DNA of 64,000 bases from Planctomycetota bacterium (GTDB lineage: Bacteria; Planctomycetota; UBA8108; SXIK01): the NCBI GenBank assembly GCA_965223845.1, contig CBDCXR010000004.1:1504001-1568000 (forward strand). Reading direction: 5' to 3'. Each line of letters begins with the position of its first letter. Positions within the stretch are counted from its first letter, which is position 1. Shown piece by piece: positions 58,184-64,000 of this stretch. The translations under genes and the position numbers were made by a program. Under the pieces are notes generated by a model. It was not told the origin of the DNA. It was given only the letters and a program-made list of their open reading frames with translations, and ran no database searches.

Positions 58184-60271
58184 ATGCGTAGATCCGCCGC
58201 GAAGCCGTCCGCGACTCTCATCATTCAGGAGAACGGTTCGGAACGAACCGTCGAGCTGAACGACCGAAGTACGACGGTCGGTCGGTCGCACGAAAACGCG
58301 ATCGAAATCGACGACATCAATTCTTCGCGGAAGCACTGCCGCATCGAGCGAAAGAACGGCGGCTTCGAGATCGTCGATCTGAAGAGTCGCAACGGCACGC
58401 TCGTCAACGGAATCCTCGTCCTTCGCAAGGAGCTCCGCCCGGGCGACTGCATCGAGATCGGGAAGACGAGGATGTTCTTCGAGTACGTCTCGTCGGATTA
58501 CGCGCAGGAGACGATCGACGTCACGACGGATCGATTCCTCGAGCCGCTTTCCGGTATGGAGGAAGAGGGGCAGCTCGAGGTGCTGAAGAGCGAGCGAGAG
58601 ATATTCCTGAAGCTCCTCGAGGTGAGTCGCACGCTCAATTCGAAGATCGTGCTCAAGGACCTTCTCAATCGCATCATCGATACAGTGATCGAGGTCTCGG
58701 GAGCGGAGCGCGGATTCCTTCTCCTCGAAGAGAACGCCGAACTCGCGGTCAAGTGCGCTCGCAACATGGACCGCGAGCACATCCGCGAGAAAGACGTGAG
58801 CGCGATCATGTCCATCGCCGGCAACGTGCGCGACTCCGGCTCTCCGCTCATCAGCGACGACGTAGGGAAGGACAAGCGCTTTCGCGCGCTGCAAAAGGGC
58901 GAGCTTCACTCGATGCTCTGCGTGCCGGTCATCACGGACGACCGGTGCCTCGGTGCGATCTACCTCGAGCACCGCTACGAGACGGGAGTCTTCCGTCCGA
59001 GCCACCTGCGCTGGCTCGAGATTCTCGCGAATAACGTCTCGGTCGCGATTCGGAATGCGCAGATGTTCGAGGACCTGAGGTCTCGCTCGCGCGAGCTCGA
59101 GGAAGCGCAGGTGCGCATGGAGCGGATGAACCTCGACCTCGAAGAGAAGGTGCTCTCGAAGAGCCTCCAGCTCGAGGAGGTGATCAAGCTCATTCCCCGC
59201 GAGAGTCCGCGGAACTTCAAGTACGACTACACGTCGATCGTCACGCGCAGCCCGAAGATGTACGAGATCTTCGCGCTCCTCGACAAAGTGACCGAGTCGA
59301 ATGTGTCCGTCCTGATCCTCGGCGAGAGTGGGACCGGGAAGGAGCTGATCGCGCGGGCGATTCACAACAACGGTCCGCGCGCCGATCAAGAGTTCGTCAC
59401 GGAAAACTGCGCGGCGATTCCGGTGAACCTCCTCGAGAGCGAGTTCTTCGGGTACGTCCGCGGAGCGTTCACGGGAGCAACGCGCGACAAGCGCGGACTC
59501 TTCGAGGTCGCCGATGGGGGCACGCTCTTCCTCGACGAGATCGCCGACATGCCGGTCGCGATGCAGACGAAGCTCCTCCGGGCACTTCAGGAAGGCGAGA
59601 TCCGCCGGGTCGGCGGGAAGGACATCCGCAAGGTCAACGTCCGGATCATTTCGGCGACGAATAAGAACATCTACGATCTCGTGCGCCAGAACGAGTTTCG
59701 CGAGGACCTCCTCTACCGCATCAACGTGATCACTCTCAATCTGCCGCCCCTCCGGGAGCGACGAGAGGACATTCCGCTGCTGATCGATTTTTTCCTCGAT
59801 CGAATCGCCCGGCGAACCGGACAGCCGAAGCAGCTCCAGCGCGAGACGTTTCACCTCCTCTATCAGTACGACTGGCCGGGGAACATCCGCGAGCTCGAGA
59901 ACGAGATCGAGCGTCTCGCGGCGCTGAGCGGGGACACGATCGATCCCTATCTCCTCAGTCCGAACATCCAGAACCGCGGACAGGGACGGGCGGTCGCGGC
60001 CTCGGGGAAGAATTTGAAAGAGATCGTGACGCGAACCGTGGAAGACGTCGAGCAGCACGTGATCCAGTCGACGCTTCTCGAGACGTCGTGGAAGAAGACG
60101 CACGCGGCCGAGATTCTCGGGATCTCGCGCCCGACGCTCGACGCCAAGATCGAGAAGTACGGACTCACTCGGGACGACACCCCGGGGACTTCGGGCGCGG
60201 ACACTCAGGTTCGAACGAGACCGAAGAAAGGAGGCGCGAGCGGAGCGTCTGTCGCTCCCACGAAGAGTTGA
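58184..60271 (+). CDS. FHA - GAF - coiled coil - sigma54 enhancer-binding protein
   Basis: FHA: VGRS, SSRKH, SRNGT. GAF: GAERGFLLL, SMLCVP, GAIYLE. bEBP: [35 protein letters not shown]. Confidence 0.9.
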   Translation: MRRSAAKPSATLIIQENGSERTVELNDRSTTVGRSHENAIEIDDINSSRKHCRIERKNGGFEIVDLKSRNGTLVNGILVLRKELRPGDCIEIGKTRMFFEYVSSDYAQETIDVTTDRFLEPLSGMEEEGQLEVLKSEREIFLKLLEVSRTLNSKIVLKDLLNRIIDTVIEVSGAERGFLLLEENAELAVKCARNMDREHIREKDVSAIMSIAGNVRDSGSPLISDDVGKDKRFRALQKGELHSMLCVPVITDDRCLGAIYLEHRYETGVFRPSHLRWLEILANNVSVAIRNAQMFEDLRSRSRELEEAQVRMERMNLDLEEKVLSKSLQLEEVIKLIPRESPRNFKYDYTSIVTRSPKMYEIFALLDKVTESNVSVLILGESGTGKELIARAIHNNGPRADQEFVTENCAAIPVNLLESEFFGYVRGAFTGATRDKRGLFEVADGGTLFLDEIADMPVAMQTKLLRALQEGEIRRVGGKDIRKVNVRIISATNKNIYDLVRQNEFREDLLYRINVITLNLPPLRERREDIPLLIDFFLDRIARRTGQPKQLQRETFHLLYQYDWPGNIRELENEIERLAALSGDTIDPYLLSPNIQNRGQGRAVAASGKNLKEIVTRTVEDVEQHVIQSTLLETSWKKTHAAEILGISRPTLDAKIEKYGLTRDDTPGTSGADTQVRTRPKKGGASGASVAPTKS

Positions 60272-60429
60272 TTCCCTCCTCGAGGATTCGCGGCGGATTC
60301 CGCTCGCCGCGGACGTGACGTGCCGGTCCTCGCCGCACGGCTGATCTTCCTCCCGGCGCGGATTCTTCGCGTCGTCTGTTCCACCGATCCTACGATCCCG
60401 AATTCTCTGCCGTTCAATTCCCTGATCCC

Positions 60430-63051
60430 ATGAGCGCCACCTTCTGGATTCACGTCGAGGAAAACGGAACTCGCCGGAGCGTCGAGCTCACGAGCGAAGT
60501 CACCGTGGGGAGGGGATCCACGAACACGATCGCGGTGGCCGATCCGCGCTCCTCGCGAAACCACTGTCGAGTGCTGGCGACGCCGCAGGGCGTCGTTCTC
60601 GAGGACCTCGGCAGTCGGAACGGCACGGTGTTCAAAGGAACAACGGTCAAGAAGACCCTGCTCAAGCTCGGCGACGAGTTCCGCATCGGACAGGCGTGCT
60701 TCACCCTTCGAGACGCCCCGGTCTCCGAAGCAGAAGGCGAGGGCGAGTTCGCCGAGACGGGCGAAGACGTCGACTCGGAGCCCTCTTCGGTCGACTCGAG
60801 CGCGAGCCACGTCGAGACGATCGTCGAGCCCTCTCGTCTCGTGCTCCCTCTCGACGTCGAGCACGAAAACGGGCGCGTCGAGTCGATCGACGTCCGGGAG
60901 GTCCCCTTCACGATCGGACGGCGCTCGAGCAACGACCTCGTGATCGAGGACGCGCGCTCTTCGGGTCAGCACGCCCGGATCACCCGCGACGGTGCGCGTT
61001 GGATTCTCGAGGATCTCGAAAGTCGAAACGGCACGATCGTCGGCGACCGACGCGTGCGGCGGGTGGCGCTCGTACCGGGACTCACCGTGACGATCGGGTC
61101 GACGAAGCTCCGCGTCGGAGGAGCGGCTCCGGAGGTCGCGAGCGCCGACGACGACGAGGCCGAATGGGCTGACGACGCGGTCGCCGCACCTGGCAGATTC
61201 GATGCGGGCGACTTCGCCGGTCGCGGAGCAGCCGAGCATCCGCTCGCCGTCGTCGGCATCGTCGCGGTGCTCGGTGCGATCTCGTTTTTCGGCATCGATC
61301 TCGCCCGTCGAGTTCTCGTCGAGCCGACCTTCGACCCCGTCGAAGCCGGAAACCTTCTCGGCACCGCATGGTCGTTCGAGGCGATCCAAGGCGAAGGCGA
61401 GGACGCCGTGCCCGCCGGGTGGACTCGGCAGTCTCCGACGGGCAGCTTTGGCTCGACGACCGATCTCGCGCAGCATCCGGGCCGACGGGCGCTCGTCGTC
61501 ACGGGGGCGGGGGACGCGGGCACCGCGGTCGAGATCGTGCGGGACGAAGCCGTACCCGTGTCGGCCGGCACCGCGTACCGACTCGAGTCATTCGTCGGGA
61601 ATCGCGGACCCTTCGCGGCTGGCGTCATCGTCCACTGGCTGCGAACTCGCGGCGGGACTCTCGTCGAGTTTGATCGTGCTTACTCGGAGGTCGCGCGGGA
61701 ACGCGGTGAGACACTGAGCATCGATCAAGTCGTGCTCGCTCCTCCGGGCGCCGAAGAAGCTCGCATCGGCTGCTTCGTCTGGGGTGGCGGTACGGCGGTG
61801 TTCGACCGCGTCTCCTTCCGAAGTGTCGAGGCGAGCGATGACGAGGCGAAACCGCAGAGTCTCGTCCGTTCGTTCACGGTAGGAAGCGATCGCTCTCGCA
61901 TCACCTTCTCCCTCACGCCGAACGGTCGCTTCTCGCTTCGGCGCGGAGCTCAGTCGGCGGTGTCGTCGGGCCGGGTCGGACTGGCGCCCGAACGAGACCC
62001 CGCCGGTGTCGGGACCGCGATGACCGGGATGCGCATCACCCGGGAAGACGCGACCGGCCTCGCGTTCGTCGCGCAGGTCCCGGATGTCGTCAAGCGGCGA
62101 TGGGTGACGGTCGAATCTTCGATCTTTCGCGGGCCGGAGCATCTCACGCTCACGATTCGCCGAGTCGTCGACGCGGGTGACGATGACCCGGGTGACCTCG
62201 TCGCCTATCTTCAGTTGCCGTCGACGGACCTCGAAGTTCGACTTCCGGACGCAGGAATCGACGTGACGAGCGGAGCGAACGACCTCGATCGTCTGCTTCC
62301 GGACGATGCGCAACCGGAACTCATCGTCGGACGCCGGAGCCGTCAGGTTGCGCTCGGATTTGCGCCGCCGTCCCCGCTCGCCATCGCGCCGCACGCCTTC
62401 CGCACCCGAGCGAACGGCGAGCCCGTGCGCACGTGGGTGGTGCGAAGCGCGGATCCCACGGAGTTCGTCCTCTCCGTCTCGATCGCGTCGCGGCTGGAGA
62501 GCTCGGCGACGCTCGGTCTCGTCCGAAACGCCGAAACAAAGTATCAGGGCGGAGACGTCGGCGGCGCGATTGCGCTTCTCGGTCGCATCGCCGAGCTCTA
62601 CCCCGAGCAGGAAGACGAGATCGCGCTCGCGAGTGAGCGTGTGGCTACGTGGCGCGAGGAAGCCGACGCCCGAGTGGAGTCGATTGCGGCGGATCTCGCC
62701 GCTCTCCGGGCGGCGCCGGCGCCGATCCTCTATCGACTCATCGAGAAGCGTTCCCTCGCCGCGGAGACCAGCTACAAAGGGCTCGCTGCGGGGCGGCGGG
62801 CGCGGGAGATCCGGGACGAGTCCGAGTCGCTTTGGAGGTCTCTCCAGGAGGAGAGAGCCGAAAGCGAGCTCGGCGAGTACTACGAGCGTGGGCGCGCGCT
62901 CTTCGGGGATGAGCGACTCGGTTTGGCGCGACTCTATCTAGAGTGGGTCATCGAGGCGGAGAGGGAGTCCGACCTCGCCCGGCAGGCGACCACGATTCTC
63001 GAGAGCATCGACAAGCGACGCGCGCGGCAGCGCGCGTCCCACCTGAGGTAA
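60430..63051 (+). CDS. double-FHA bitopic membrane protein with CBM-like beta domain and C-terminal TPR-like helices
   Basis: Two FHA motif sets (VGRG/SSRNH/SRNGT and IGRR/SSGQH/SRNGT); one TM; GNLL..SFE..PAGW..VFDRVSF; AETKYQGGDVGGAIALLGRIAELYP. Confidence 0.78.
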   Translation: MSATFWIHVEENGTRRSVELTSEVTVGRGSTNTIAVADPRSSRNHCRVLATPQGVVLEDLGSRNGTVFKGTTVKKTLLKLGDEFRIGQACFTLRDAPVSEAEGEGEFAETGEDVDSEPSSVDSSASHVETIVEPSRLVLPLDVEHENGRVESIDVREVPFTIGRRSSNDLVIEDARSSGQHARITRDGARWILEDLESRNGTIVGDRRVRRVALVPGLTVTIGSTKLRVGGAAPEVASADDDEAEWADDAVAAPGRFDAGDFAGRGAAEHPLAVVGIVAVLGAISFFGIDLARRVLVEPTFDPVEAGNLLGTAWSFEAIQGEGEDAVPAGWTRQSPTGSFGSTTDLAQHPGRRALVVTGAGDAGTAVEIVRDEAVPVSAGTAYRLESFVGNRGPFAAGVIVHWLRTRGGTLVEFDRAYSEVARERGETLSIDQVVLAPPGAEEARIGCFVWGGGTAVFDRVSFRSVEASDDEAKPQSLVRSFTVGSDRSRITFSLTPNGRFSLRRGAQSAVSSGRVGLAPERDPAGVGTAMTGMRITREDATGLAFVAQVPDVVKRRWVTVESSIFRGPEHLTLTIRRVVDAGDDDPGDLVAYLQLPSTDLEVRLPDAGIDVTSGANDLDRLLPDDAQPELIVGRRSRQVALGFAPPSPLAIAPHAFRTRANGEPVRTWVVRSADPTEFVLSVSIASRLESSATLGLVRNAETKYQGGDVGGAIALLGRIAELYPEQEDEIALASERVATWREEADARVESIAADLAALRAAPAPILYRLIEKRSLAAETSYKGLAAGRRAREIRDESESLWRSLQEERAESELGEYYERGRALFGDERLGLARLYLEWVIEAERESDLARQATTILESIDKRRARQRASHLR

Positions 63052-63056
63052 CGATC

Positions 63057-64000
63057 GTGTTTGGGCCGAAGAGCGGCGTCGGTATCGATCTCGGAGCGCA
63101 GCGAATCCTCGTCTGCGAAACTTTCGCGGATGCGGATGGCGTCCGCATCGCGAGCGCGGTCGCTCTCGATCGGCGGCGCCTCGGGCTCGGCGCAGATGCC
63201 CGCACCGTCGCGAAGGCCGTTGCGAACGCGATGAAGGAAGCTGGCATGAGCACGCGCGGAGTCGTGCTCGGTGTCGGTCAGCAGGACTGCATGCTCCGCT
63301 ACGCGCAGGTCGCACCCGTCGCCTCGTGGCGACTCGACCTCATCATGAAATACGAGGTCACCGAAGTCGCCGAACGGATGGATGAACCCGTCGCGAGCGA
63401 CTTTCGCGTGCTCTCGCTCCCGCGCGAGCCGGGTGAAGATCAGACGGTTCTGCTCGCCCTCACCAAGGAGGCGTTTCTCACCGAGTGGCTCGAAGCATTT
63501 CGCGCGGAGGGGATTGCGATCGAGAAGGCCTATCCGCAGCCGCTCGCGCTGTTCGCCGCGTACGACGCACTCGGACCGGAGATCGACCTCGAGTCGGAAG
63601 ACGACGATGTGACTCTCGTCGCCGATCTCGGCAAGCGCAGCGTCAACTTCGCGATTCTGCTCAATGGAAGACTCGCGTTCGCTCGCAACTCGAGTCTCGG
63701 GGGTGATACCTTCACCGAATCGCTCGCGAAGTCGATGGGGATCAGTCTCGAAGACGCCGAGCGGCTCAAGATCAAGCGCGGCGGCCTCGAGGCGAAGCAG
63801 GGAATACTCGACGACACGGTCGCGCCGCTCCGCGCCACCGGCGGTCAGCTCCTCACGCTGATCCAGTCCACCGTGCGATTGGCGTCGACGCAGATCAATT
63901 TGACGCTCCCGCCGCTCACGCGCGTCGTGACCCTCGGCGGCGGGTTCGGCCTTCGCGGTCTGGATCAGTTTCTCGCGCAGGGTCTTCGCTGCGCGGTCGA
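63057..64000 (+). CDS. pilM: type IV pilus assembly protein PilM (actin/FtsA-like; 3' truncated)
   Basis: Absent from the ORF track because it is truncated. Translated by hand from GTG 63057: VGIDLGA, QPLAL, LVADLG, AFARNSSLGGDTFT, AERLK, VTLGGG. Confidence 0.85.
   Translation, partial: MFGPKSGVGIDLGAQRILVCETFADADGVRIASAVALDRRRLGLGADARTVAKAVANAMKEAGMSTRGVVLGVGQQDCMLRYAQVAPVASWRLDLIMKYEVTEVAERMDEPVASDFRVLSLPREPGEDQTVLLALTKEAFLTEWLEAFRAEGIAIEKAYPQPLALFAAYDALGPEIDLESEDDDVTLVADLGKRSVNFAILLNGRLAFARNSSLGGDTFTESLAKSMGISLEDAERLKIKRGGLEAKQGILDDTVAPLRATGGQLLTLIQSTVRLASTQINLTLPPLTRVVTLGGGFGLRGLDQFLAQGLRCAV

Overview
GC-rich (about two-thirds G+C by eye), gene-dense chromosomal window from a diderm bacterium. 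The gene mix (LpxI, Mla/MCE, DacB, DacZ-type cyclase, HEAT/TPR/FHA proteins) suggests a Planctomycetota/PVC-like lineage, but that is inference. Contents, left to right: a MoxR-DUF58-Bat (vWA/TPR) operon with an inserted PpiC-type foldase; PTS EIIA and ThiF-like genes; sugar oxidoreductase/isomerase genes with a class II cytochrome c; a PTS-EIIA/PK_C/DAC diadenylate cyclase; a 1732-aa Ser/Thr kinase-P-loop-TPR-sigma54 activator; nupC; a TMTC-like glycosyltransferase; surE; tRNA-Leu(GAG); lpxI; a 4xPDZ protein; a type IV pilus cluster (pilD, OmpA/MotB lipoprotein, pilT, pilB, pilC, pilS, pilR) followed by a second GT-C glycosyltransferase; queG, acyP, peptidases and ridA; a squalene/phytoene synthase; mlaE-F-D; dacB; and an FHA-GAF-sigma54 activator plus a double-FHA membrane protein leading into pilM. 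I saw no CRISPR array, integrase or transposase. Best leads: (i) a c-di-AMP cyclase whose fused EIIA domain has lost the phospho-His, while an intact stand-alone EIIA lies 8 kb away; (ii) a possible phospho-threonine/FHA/sigma54 control layer on type IV pilus genes; (iii) a HEAT/Cys-cluster protein with an RS/SK-repeat tail; (iv) HIP1-like enrichment of GCGATCGC. All calls come from motif reading by eye; no searches were run.
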